NCBI GenBank assembly: GCA_000320545.1
Contig: ADNK01003221.1
Span: 1-48,372, forward strand
DNA: 48,372 bases
Direction of reading: 5' to 3'
Source of the DNA: Bigelowiella natans CCMP2755
Lineage: Eukaryota; Protista; Cercozoa
In this document: piece after piece, positions 23,630 through 35,833 of the stretch
Layout of the letters: each line of letters opens with the position of its first letter
Position numbering within the stretch: the first letter of the stretch is position 1
Translations under genes and position numbers: made by a program
Notes under the pieces: generated by a model
Databases searched by the model: none
What the model was told of the DNA's origin: nothing
Seen by the model: the letters and a program-made list of their open reading frames with translations, nothing else

Positions 23630-23905
23630 CTTCCGCTGGGGCGATACGTCAGTCTGCCCCACCGGTGAACAGGAATGTGGTTCAGGGATGAGGGGAAAAG
23701 TCACCCTCGTGACCGAAACCCCCCCCCGCCATGTCACCACTTCGGCGAATGCAACTTTGAATCTTGAATGCAGATCCAAACATTCTCAACTGGCAACCGA
23801 ATCACTGGTGGCTGGCGACAAGTCTGTCTGTCCCACCAGTGAACAGGAATGTGGTTCATGTGTAGGAGGAAAAGCCACCCTCATGACTGTCCGAAAACCC
23901 CCCGC
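23630..23905. repeat. Diverged tandem duplication (~175-bp spacing) upstream of RPC3
   Basis: gtctg.cccacc.gtgaacaggaatgtggttca...ggaaaag.caccctc.tgac...cgaaa.ccccc occurs at ~23652-23730 and ~23826-23903. Confidence 0.8.
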
Positions 23906-24202
23906 CCATTGCCGCATCGCGCGCCGCATCGGCGAACAATTGAAAAATGCACAATGAACAATGAGTCCGGAGTGACCAGAAAATTGAAGGCTGGTTCATG
24001 AATGCAAAAATTACAGGATGTTCTTGGCATGCGACATCATTTTTTTGGCTCAATCGTGTCTGAAACATCTCCTCCTCTCAAACCATCGGGCAGAGCAGTC
24101 TTCTTCAGACGAGCAAAGGTTCGTGTATCGAGCATCATTGTCATCAAACACAGGAAATGCACTTCTGAGGCAGCTTGAATATTAATGTTACAGGACTGCT
24201 CC

Positions 24203-25175
24203 ATGTTCCAAAAACGGAAACAGTTGTTTTTTACGCACTCTCTCAGTCGCCATTTCGGGCAAACAGTAGAGGTAACGAAGAGCCCAGAGAGAGAAAGAAA
24301 CATAATATCACCCACAAATCATCCACGCGGTGTAATATTTTTAATTACATAGGCGGTAGGTAAATCGTTACTTACATATGGTGGGCAGCCCCTCAGCTCT
24401 ATCATCTCGAAAAACTCGAGCCTTCACCCGGAAAAAGTACTAGAATTTTTATGAACGTGTGCCATATGTATCATTGTGTGGTTATGTATTTTCCTTTTCT
24501 TCCTCTCTTGCGGAGGATGAAACGTATATTCTTAAAATTTGGTATTCATTCATTAGGTGGTTCAATCTCTCTTAGTCCTCCTCCAGCATGGGCTTGTCAC
24601 AGCTAGCTCAATAGATACTACTACTGCAAAGGTCTTAGTGGTGGGTGGTGGTGGTGGTGGCGGTAGTGATCTGATGACGAGAGATAGTCGAGGTGGGAGA
24701 ACATGATCCCTGTGAGTTAATCATAATGCTGTTGCTTGTAGCGATATTGAATGGAGAGTTGGGTTTGAAATATTGATTTTTAGTCTGGTTGCGGTATCGT
24801 AAGTGATGGTCTCAGCATGCATCGAATACCGAGTGCTTGCGCTACAATTTGATGTCCAAATCATATGCCTATCAAAGGGTGCTTGATACGATCAGCGCTG
24901 CGAATGAACTCTTCTAAATGCTGAATCCATTCCCCTTGGTCGTACGCGCTGAAAATTGGCTTTGTTTTGCATTTGTTTTTTTTTCAGCCTTCGTATTCCT
25001 TAGATGGTAACATGGTACGAGCATCATAAAATAACTACTAGAATGCGAAAGATGAATAGTTCAATACAAGCATCAATGCATACAATAAATCGAAAACGTG
25101 TTTTTTCAACAATTACTAGTCCTCCCCCCTCTTTTCCTCCTCTTCCTCCTCTTCCTCCTCCTCCTTTCCATACCC

Positions 25176-25206
<31 letters not shown>

Positions 25207-26359
25207 GAATTATTATAATTTTAATTGTTAGTTCCACTATCGCTTAAATATGGCGTGGTATATAGTAAACGTTCGTGAGAGGTAAAGAAACACAACACCG
25301 TGTCGTATATGATGAAATAATACTGTCAAGGAGCTCCGGATTGAATCATCCTTTAAATACAAAACGACGCCATCATCTATCTCCTGAATTTCTTTTCTAA
25401 TGCAGATTCGGTAGTGAATTCTTTTTTATTGCAGATTTGGTAGTGACGCTGGGATAATATTTGAGGCCCTGTGTAAGGTGATGATGCAATAAACGACGAT
25501 AGCATCATCATCATACCTATCATATTTTATCGAGTTGCGGGGTTTTTGTTTCTGCATCAACTTTTACGTGAAATAATGATAAATAAATAATATTCTCAGC
25601 ACGGCAAATTGACAAGAACTGCACTTCTAGGTATCATAAATAATTAAGTGCTACGTATCAGTAATTAATTAGGGAAAAGGAGGCCCGAGCAGCATTAGGC
25701 TACTGCACACATATTAGTCGTCTAATCACATCATTTATTCTATTTTCTCTGATGACATGATGATCTCGTTATGAGCATAGCTACCGCCACGAAAGTCAAG
25801 GTACTAGTAGTAAATGGTAGTAGAAGTACGTACTACTACTACTACTACTACTACTACTAGTCGATACTGCATGCAAAATGTGATTTCTAATAAATGCCGG
25901 TAGGAGGCAAATTACTTTTGTGTACACGTTCAGAATCTCGCAACCAACCAACGAAAATACACACACACACACACACACACACACAACACACACCTGTGTA
26001 TATGTAGCATCTCTGCGCGCGTGCGCGTGTGGGGACATATACTCCTACAACTCGTCGTATTTTTAAAAAATATTGTGTTTCGTGGGATTGTAGATAACAC
26101 AAGAGTATACTATCGAGAAGATTCCAGAAGATCAAACTGAAATTCAGGCTAAGCTAAAACATTGCTTCGAGAAATTGTATTTAGTAGTAGTGTCTGTTTT
26201 GGGTTTTGAGGAGACGAGGAGGAGGAGGAGGAGGAGGAGACGGGAATGTTAATTTGGAAGAAAGAGTGTAGTCGAAGTCATCGTCAGATGATATCATTTG
26301 AATTATATAATCCTAATAATAACAGTACAGTAGGGAGGAAGTAAGAGGCCCGGAGAGAA

Positions 26360-26414
<55 letters not shown>

Positions 26415-26722
26415 AGAGTTAGTGGCCGTACATAACATACTTGTTGATCATCATTTTATTGACAGAGTAAAACAACGAGTGATACGAAGGGCTGATACGT
26501 TGAAGAAAAGTTTCACAGACAAAATAAGAGTGCCAAGGAACAAGAGGGTTAGTTAGTAGTCTATGTTGGTATGCAAAAATGATATCAATTGTGGTTTAGT
26601 GTTGATATTACTATTAATGTAACTGCCAGAGGTACTACTATTATCATGATCAGATATCGCAGTAAGTAGTGGTAGTTGTAGTTGTCATTTTTTCAACATC
26701 CAACGCGTAAATACTGCATAAT

Positions 26723-26759
<37 letters not shown>

Positions 26760-27733
26760 TATTTAAGAAGCTTTTCTTCTTGTTCTTGTTTTTGTTCTTG
26801 TTTTTAATCTTGTTCTTGTTTTTGTTTTATCTTGTTTTTGTTCTTGTTCTTGTTCTTGTTCTTGTTCTTGAGGTTGGTATGCAGCCGGTACAGCATGTAC
26901 AAGTAAGCAATAAGCGTAGTAGGAAAGTAGGTGGCGGGGTAATTAACACTCAACCGAACAGTCAATTTACTGCTCAAATGCTCCTTCCTATAGAGGTAGT
27001 AATATGGGCCTTGGACTGCAGCAATAGTAGTATTAGAGAGATATTCTACAATGTCAAATAAAAAATGACGATGATGGTGATGGTGATGGTGATGGTGATG
27101 ATGATGATGATTCTTCTTCTTCTTCTTCTTATCATACGATATAAATCTTGAGGAGACTAATGTGACATACGATGTGTTATACTTATCCACGCTCCTGTTG
27201 TGTGTGTATGATATGACGGTCTTGCAGAACCTAGATCATCAAATGTTCGCTACAGTTGGTGATGATGATCATCAAGAAGAAGTAAAGGGGGGGGGCCAAG
27301 ATGAGGTACAATTACTACTTACTACCGAGTGATTATGCTATCAATGGTTCACTGCTTCTTCTTTCCTCTATTTTCATTTCCTATGAGCAAAATATTCTCT
27401 CCCTACATCATCATCTGCCTCTTCCTACTATCTCACTCACCCCCTCTTTTATGAGTTGGATGGCTGATGGTAACATGACATTCAATGCATACATGCATCA
27501 TAAAGGTGGTTTGGCAAATCTATCATCAACACTTCATGTGCGAGCTCAGAAATCACGAGATTACAAAGTAAGATTAGCTTATATATACATGTGTAAATAT
27601 ATATTATATCGTGTTGTAGTACTAGTAATATTATCACAACAACAATAACAGCAGGTAAAACTTGTGGTTTGGGGTACACTACTAGGACCATTGAACCACA
27701 ATTTTCTCTCTCTTATGTTCGCCATTTGCCTAA

Positions 27734-27771
<38 letters not shown>

Positions 27772-28683
27772 GTAAAAGTTGTTTTATCATTGTCTGTGTC
27801 CTTCCTGATACTCTCCCACTATTCTTCTTCTCACTCTGTGTCCTTCCTGATACTCTCCTCCCACTATTCTTCTTCTCACTCTTAGCTATGTCAAGAAACG
27901 AGTTGATGACGAAAAAGCTGCTAAATTAATCAGTCGTATTCTCAGAGAGTAATGGAATTCATTACACATTCATAGCTCATAGTAGATGGTGATGATACTG
28001 CTGTGTGGTGCGATTTTACAACAACTTGTAGTGTTGATAGCCTTTATTTTTTCATTTCTTATATATTATTCGTCTCCTTCATTCTCCCCTGTCTTTTCCT
28101 TCTCCTCCTCCTTCTCCTCCTCCTCCTCCCCCCTCTTCAGATATCCTGTATCCGGCTGCGTCTTGCGACCGCCTTTCACACTCGCACATATGCATAGTAT
28201 GACTGCTAAGACTATCAACATGTCCCGTGAGGTAGTAATAGCTGTTCTCTCTTCTCCTCCTCCTCCGCCTCCTCGTCGTTTATGGAGATGTATAAACACG
28301 ACAACAACAAGCACACATACACACCTACACACACGCACACACACACGCACGCAGGATACCACAACGGAAACATCATAACGCTTTGCCATAGTAGTAGTGC
28401 AATGGTGTACACAACAAAAGAAGAGGAACAACATAACAATTTGATCTATACAATGGTACAAAAGAAGAGTAACTACATAACATTTTGATCTATACTACAA
28501 CAATGTCGCAACCTTACTCCTCCTCCTCCTCCTCCTCCTACTACTACTACTACAACAACAACGGGGTTTATAATTATTATTATTATGATAATTGTTACCA
28601 TTGTAATTATTATTATTTAGGTTTTAACCAAGCTCGTTGATCTGATGTTCTCCTTACACATACTTGACTCAAAGAGCAAACAG

Positions 28684-28722
<39 letters not shown>

Positions 28723-29015
28723 CTATGTAGCTCTTAAGACTGCGAAAATGACCATTAGTTCAATGCTGATGATAATATAATTTATATCGTATTAGTTTTG
28801 TGGTGCTACTGCTACAAACGCCGCAATTATGGCGGATTCTTGGGCTTATACTGTCGACATTGAAAGCATTTTAGCAGAGGCAACAATAACAACAATAATA
28901 ACCACACTTATAGATAATGATAATGATAATAATAAGAGATTTCTACCATCATCCAACCCCCCTCTATTATTGTGTTTCCTTTTCTTCCTCACCTTACTTT
29001 TGCATGCCCCATTAA

Positions 29016-29065
<50 letters not shown>

Positions 29066-30250
29066 GTTGATATAATAGTAGAAGTGACGAGGAGATATAA
29101 TAATGGTGTGTATTGTGTACCCTCCACACGACGATTGCGATTATTAGATGATGATGATGACGATGATTATTATTATTATTTATGCTGCAACGTATAGATT
29201 GTTAGACCCATAATGATGATGATGATGATATTGACGATGATATTGATGATATGTGGTGGTGAATACTAATAATAGTTAAAAGCTGAGCATGCACAATCGA
29301 TGGTTCAATCCAAATTTGGTGGGAGTGCAGGGCGCATATTCCGATTACTTGTAGACAGGTAGTAGTGGTAGTAGTAGTAGTAGTAGTAAGGTGCTGATTG
29401 GGTAGCAGTAGCAGTAGTATTACCAGCATTGGTAGTGTAGTAGTGGTAGTAAAGGACATTAGCACGTTTTACTACTCAGACTTTAATAATAGCATGACTT
29501 TTTGAAAAACAACATCCATCATAAGCAATATCTTGATGATTGATTTGATTGACCATATGTTATGATTCGAACATAGGAAACGATTAGAAGAAAAGCAAGT
29601 TGCAGAGATGGCCATTTTACCTAAAAAGGAAGTAAGATGCGAGTAGAAGAAAAAGAAGAAGCAGCAGCATTAGCAACAGTACCTGTGTGAAATTTAGCAT
29701 GTCCCCCTGAAGAGATCTCATTATCATACTCTCCCCCACATCATGCTTCTTATCGTCATCGATTATTCTGATGCCATTGATAATATTATTTCAACAACAC
29801 TTCGTTTTTGAGTAAGTTACAACGGAAGATATTCTTCTATCTTTGCACCCTTAATGTCATCCATATGTTCTTCAAACCTTATTGCATTCTCTAGTCCTTC
29901 CCCCTGCTACTACTCTCTATTGATTGCTGCTTGCTGTTGGTGATTGTGTGTTTAATTCATTCGTTCGTCGCTACAAATAAGGTCCGAACATTACTTCAAA
30001 GTATGATGAGGGAGGGATTTACAAAACTTCAGGTTTGTTGTTTTTCCCAATAGCATACATGCAGCCTCCTCCTTCTCCTCATCCTCCTTATTATTTTCCT
30101 TACGTACCCACATTGGTACCTTCCCCCCCCCTCAGGAAATCCCAAAGGACAGTGCTCGAAGAAGAATGCTACACCTGTGGACTGTTGACTTTACACATGT
30201 AATAATAATAATAGTAATAATAATAATTTATGCTGCTGTTGCTGCTGCTG

Positions 30251-30300
<50 letters not shown>

Positions 30301-31160
30301 ATACCGAGAATTCTTGCATCAATAAGGATGGCAAAATTCTTGTTACCTGGGGTATAAAGAGACAACAAATACTTATTAGAATTTTCGAAATTAAGAAAGT
30401 TCTCTACATAAATCTTGATGGGGGAAACGTGCTAGTAGCAAGAAGTTTCTTCTTTGAGACGACTACTACATTTACACATTAACGAAATACTAATCCTAGC
30501 ACTCCTACTACTACAACATGCAATCATTTAGTATGATTGTTTCCAAACTGTACAGGTCTGTAAGATACTAATGGACAGATACTATCAAACATGGGTTAAT
30601 TTGAGCATCAGATGGTACATGATGACTTTATTGATCAAATTGTAGTTCTGATGGATGAATACCGTAAAATTTGTCCCTTTCTTACAGCGTTTTTCAATAG
30701 CTTATTAAATAACGTAAGATAAATTTATACGTAAGATACATTTATCTTGTTTAATCAGTGCTCGTGAGGCCAAGAATGTCAAGCCAATTTTATCGAAGGT
30801 GAGTTGGATAACATATTATCATTGAAGCTAACGATTATGAAGTAGTATGGGTAATATTTCAAGATCACTTTATAATTGTCTCTCTTTTGTGACAAAGATA
30901 AATCAAGGAATAGCAGTAAATAGAGACGAGAAGGATCAAGTCGAAAGGTAGGTGCAATGAATAACTCTTGTTTGCAAACGTGGTTACTGAAATTGGGGAA
31001 AAATTAAACAAAGGGGATGTATGCTGACCTGATGCATTGTCTATCGATTCCCCCCCCCGCGCATTCCTCTCTCCTCAGGTGGAAAGCGGTTGATCGAAAA
31101 CTGCGCCATGGAATGGCAGAAGTAGCAGGCTTGATCCATCTTTTCCGCGAGTATGAGTAA
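24203..31160 (+). CDS. POLR3C: RNA polymerase III subunit RPC3 (C82/RPC62), more than 20 exons
   Basis: Exons give SRHFGQTVE|AVGKSLLTYGGQPL, VVQSLLVLLQHGLV (24557-24631), FGSDAGIIFEALCK|HGKLT, VVWQIYHQHFMCELRNHEI, VQSKFGGSAGRIFRLLV, LEEKQVAEMAILPKKE|VRTLLQSMMREGFTKLQ|EIPK...LHLWTVD and end LIHLFREYE* (TAA 31158-31160). Start inferred. Confidence 0.9.
24830..24948 (-). pseudogene. Orphan exon of a class I glutamine amidotransferase-like gene, antisense in an RPC3 intron; TGA at the catalytic Cys
   Basis: ttttcag|...|gtattc bounds 119 nt encoding AYDQGEWIQHLEEFIRSADRIKHPLIGI*FGHQIVAQAL, matching the GICFGHQ motif. I found no partner exons. Confidence 0.75.
27793..27879. repeat. Intronic tandem duplication, 2 x ~42-45 bp
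   Basis: tctgtgtccttcctgatactctc(ctc)ccactattcttcttctcac occurs twice. Confidence 0.9.
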
Positions 31161-31539
31161 AGTAACGTGCTTATTGGTCGGATGCAGATGATGTAAAATA
31201 AACATCAAAGTGGCCTTCGGAACAAAATTGATGAACTATTACTGCATTGCATCTTTGTTTGTGTGAATGCCCCACATCTGCGCTGTTTTTGCAAATACCA
31301 CTATAAATTGCAGTAGACACAACGTATATCCCACAACTAAATATGAAATGTCATAGTGCATACTGTGTTCATAGCAATTACTAGATTAGTTACATATCTG
31401 CGTCAGTCAGCATACAATGCTAGAATGATACGCCTTACTAGACAGATCGAGCTGTAAAAAACTTGTTATTGTTGACACATGAAACCCCTTTCATGCGAAT
31501 TAGTTACGTACAACTATTCTAGTATTCATACGTAGCTAG

Positions 31540-32200
31540 GTAGGCACATATTGCGCGCTCATATTTCTTACATAAGCACATCTAGATGACATACGATACT
31601 AGCATGCTAGCATGTATGTGTGCACACTAGCTAGCTAGCAGCACCGCGATGCAGCACATGTCCAATGCCAGCTATTTCAGCTACACACTGCTCATGCATG
31701 CATATATCCAGATATGCATGGCGGCTAGCGGGCGCGCTGTCATGCTAGCTAGCACACATAGAGCACGCTAGCACGGCTAGACGGGCACAGCTGCATGCAC
31801 TGCTGTCAGACTGTATACTAGCTAGTGCATGCATAGCATTAGAGCATGCTAGCATGATGCATGCTAGCATGGCTTAATTTGAGACACAAGCCAATCTAGC
31901 AATCTAGCAATCTAGCAATGTTGCAGGTTTATGCTGGATGCGAATGCTCTGCGCATGCTGTCTAGCTGCTAGCTAGCTAGCTAGCTAGATGTCTAGATGT
32001 GTCATGAGCACTAGCTAGACTAGAGCATGTTAGGTAGCGCATTTTCCATCACATTGCATTGCTACAGCATGAGTACAACTAGATAATCGCACGCACATGC
32101 TGCACATCTAGACATGTGAAAGTGTTAGATGATGGGCTTCATCAATTTGCCGATTCGTAGGTCGCATGCTTGGAATACTAGCTAGCATGGGCTTTCCAGG
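31540..32200. other. CTAG/GCATGC-rich low-complexity spacer between convergent RPC3 and Arf-like genes
   Basis: Dense GCTAGC, TCTAGA and GCATGC, a (CTAG)5 run near 31969-31988 and (CAATCTAG)3. Confidence 0.75.
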
Positions 32201-32428
32201 AAGGGGATCGCCGCAAGGGTTATTCTAGCGGTGTGTCGTAAATTTGACATGCTTCAGTGTATATTGATCACATACATGAAGCAAGCGGAGATATGATGCA
32301 TGTTGTGTATGATAATAAGTAATAATTATATCCACGATTGGTCCTTAACCCTGAAAATCCTATATCAAATCACTTTTCGAAACGTAGCGCTAGAGCGTAC
32401 GCAGCTGCCAAGGACGGTTGACAAATAT

Positions 32429-33048
32429 TCATCCCTTAGCTTCATTTTGATACGAAGATACAGGCTTCATATTTTCAGATAACCACGTAATAGCCTCTTT
32501 CAGCCCTTGACCAGTTTTTGCAACAGTGGGGAAAATGTTGTGCTTTTTGGTGGTAATTTTCTCCAACTCTAACTCTTTCGACATTTCATCGGTCTTCATC
32601 GCCCCTTTCAGGTCCATTTTGTTTGCCAGAATGAGAAGTGTAGCATACTTAAGCTCCTCTTCTTTCAGAATTCCATGCAACTCCTTCTTTGCAACCGCCA
32701 TCCGGTCCTGTAGAGAGACAAATTAGGCCGCAGTTGCAATGTAGTGTAATTTATTCCTACCTTATCTGTGGAATCTACAATGAAAATGACTCCGGAAGTT
32801 CCTCGGTAGTAATGTCTCCAAAAGGGTCTGAGTCTCTCCTGCCCTGCCACATCCCATACTACAAACTCCAAATTGCCAAACTTGACCTTCTCTACGGAGA
32901 AACCAATTGTAGGAACTGTCTCCCCTTGCTTACCGATCATCTGCAATAAAGTAGTCGTCTTGCCAGCATTATCAAGCCCTAATAGAAGTACACGCAGCTG
33001 CTGGGACCCAAATGCTGCTCCAAACAGCTTCGAGAAGAATGATCCCAT
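32429..33048 (-). CDS. Arf-family small GTPase (Arf/Arl1-like); intron 32708-32760
   Basis: MG N-terminus, GLDNAGKTT, PTIGFSVE, WDVAGQERLRPFWRHYY, LANKMD and TVAKTGQGL. Confidence 0.93.
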
Positions 33049-33149
33049 TAGTTTGTATGGCCTCTGATTACAACAAGAGAAAGAGAGATATGTGAGGATG
33101 GTTTTCACACAGAATCACTTGAATATGCCTTTGATAAATGTTGAAATAT

Positions 33150-34700
33150 TGTCATGAGTTCGGAGATGAAAGTTATCAAAGGAAGTAAATAACTGTAAAG
33201 GTACAGATGGAAGATTAACCGTTCTATCTATCGCCACTATAGCAGAATGATTCCCCGTGCATGGACTGATTCTCTGCAATTTTCATCTAGCAGCCTTGTA
33301 AAAGCTGAGAGCTTGATTTCTGTCGCTATCAAGCTAGAGACTATAATATGGACTAAAAAATCCGACAGGATGTAGGCTCCTACACTTGGTGGTAACGTTG
33401 CCATCGGATTCACGCAAAAGAAGGTTTAAAATTTGGTGGCGTCATCACCATCGAATTCTAATTCGATTCTCTGATAATTTTCTGCTTAAGTTTTTTTTTG
33501 CGCATTCTCAAAGATCCATGCAATAATGTATTTATATCGATATCGAGAGGTTAAACAAATATAATACAGTAAATGGGGGAAAGATATAACGGAGAAGGGG
33601 GGGGGTAGGCGTAGGTACTTTTTTCAGATCTAGTGCCTCTCCGGTGTACGAGGCCAGACAACACAAATTCCACCATATTACCACGTTAGAGGACTATTCC
33701 TATTCGAAATACCCTGCGTTTAATATTACATATAAGTTTGTCTTACTATTGATGTGAATTTCTACATTCTCGACGACATTTTGCATAAAAATTGATGAAA
33801 ATGCACGCTAGTATTGCATGAGTCTTAAATTGGTACGATCGTACAAGGAGTTTTCAAGCAAATGACACATTATTCGGTGACAATAAAGCAAAGACAACAG
33901 GACACTCGCGCCAACCGACTATTTATGAAATAATAATAATAATTCGGGTGTTGATAATCTTTGTCTCCGAAATCAAATCACATTTCATGGATGTGGATAT
34001 GTGAGTATCATGGGGAATTTTTAAAGTGCACTGCGAATACAATACGATGGCGATGTACTGCTTTTGGATCCATTTTCGAAACAATACTTCGAGAGTGGTA
34101 TAGTGAACAATGCCCTCATAATTTTGCTTACAGTAGTATGCACCAGTGGATCAATTTTGCGTTGGATCAAGCACTACGCTGTACGATGTATTCTGCCGAT
34201 ATGCGTATCAGAATTCTTAAAACGCTCAGATATTTTTGCATTATGGGCTTCCTTTTCAAACATGTACACGCAATAAATAACTGGAAGTGTGTTAAAATAT
34301 GTTCATGGTAAGTGAAAATTGTCCTCTCTCTGATCACGACACCAGGATTTATTTATAGCCCCGAGAGGGGGAATTAGATATTGCCATGCGTCTCCGATAC
34401 TATAAGGCAGATCAAAGCTATTGGGAGAAGTAATGCTAACTAAGGATACAGCTTATGAAAAGAATGTCAGTTTGGAAGAGGAAGTAGAGGAAGAGAGCGA
34501 GTTTATCGAGGAGCTGAAAAAATCATTGAAGAAAGACAAAGATACTCAGAATCAAAGTTAGGGAGACCAGAATGCAAATTCTAAAGCTGCAGTAGCAAAG
34601 CAAAGAAATGTGAACGAGAAAAAATGAATTATAGACGCAAGAAGAACATAAGGATGAAGAAGAGATACAAAATTTCAAGAATTCCAGTCCACTAGAGGTA
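33150..34700 (+). pseudogene. Possible unknown or decayed gene
   Basis: Coding-like stretches (ORF 33961-34311; acidic coiled-coil-like EEEVEEESEFIEELKKSLKKDK near 34470-34545) are interrupted by stops. I could not build a consistent model. Confidence 0.25.
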
Positions 34701-35833
34701 CTTATCCCCTTCGAAGCACATCTTTCAGTGGTGAATTAGTCGATATCAGTATTCAGAAAACAAAAGCGGCTATTTTATTACTGTTTATCGATTTGAGTTC
34801 TGAAAATAAACGATGATTATAACAATACACTAATTCTGCTCACTTCATGCTTTGTGTAACATATACGCATGCTGCAATGCTAAAGTAATTCTATTTTCCT
34901 AATCACTAGAATGATGCTAAAATTTCTCATTGTCATGGTTGCTCCGAGCAGGACACATGTACTATACTCTAAATCTTGTGACAACATGAAAAGGAGCATT
35001 ATCTAACATTTTTTTTGCGCTCCATGAACCCTAGAACGCTCACAGCATACCAGAGACACCTCGCAATTGTGGTAGCAGCTCATGGCACATGGTGGACACA
35101 CAGCTCAATCATTCCTAGATTCATTCATGCGATCGTTGTTGTTGCTCTTTTTTCCGCGGGCGGCCTACGCACACACAATGGCAGTATTTGACCGTCGTTC
35201 ATCGCATCGCCCCCCAGCATCAGCTGTGAATATGTGCTAGCATGGGGATGCCATGTTCCCAACAAATGTCATGACATGCGTAGTCCCAATATACTAAAGA
35301 AATGCTCTTTGCATGTTGTAGCAATACAACATCTGTGCATTTCAGATGCACGTACGTGAGTCATGATGCTCATGTGTTCACATTGTGCACACATGTACCA
35401 GTCTACCAGTGCACATTCTATTGTGCGCCACACACTACACACACACGCACATACACACACGTGCTAGCGTGCATGCAGGGACATGATCACGTATCTCTAA
35501 ATATGGCAGGTAAACTAGCGATTTGATTGTTGCGCTGTGCGTACAGCTGATAGTATAATAGCGTTCGTCGATAACAGAAGTTGTGCATGATTCGTGACAA
35601 AGGACTCACTAGCAAAATTGCACTTGCTAGCATGTGAGCAGTTCGTACTCATTAGAACGTCACAAGACCTTTCACATTTGGATTCGTGTTCAAGAAGACT
35701 CTCGACACACATCTGCATGTGTACGACATATGTTTATAATAATCAGAGCCAAATATAATAAATATGTCCATGCTGCTTTGATGATAGAAATTTTTTGTTG
35801 CTCATCAAGTTGACACACAGGGTTTACTTTTTA

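Noticed and set aside
23273-24203. Ty3-like targeting of Pol III genes because the element sits next to POLR3C
   Set aside because: POLR3C is a protein-coding gene transcribed by Pol II, and no tRNA gene is visible at the insertion site.
26147-26152. Second GC donor in RPC3
   Set aside because: The exon continues as AKLKHCFEKL to a normal GT at ~26177.
26780-29465. Homopolymeric ORFs (poly-H, I, L, T, YI) in the track
   Set aside because: They are translations of intronic microsatellites within RPC3.
29680-29870. Minus-strand mini-exons (MDDIKGAKIEEYLP) as further parts of a nested GATase gene
   Set aside because: No GATase motifs and no consistent join to the 24830-24948 exon.
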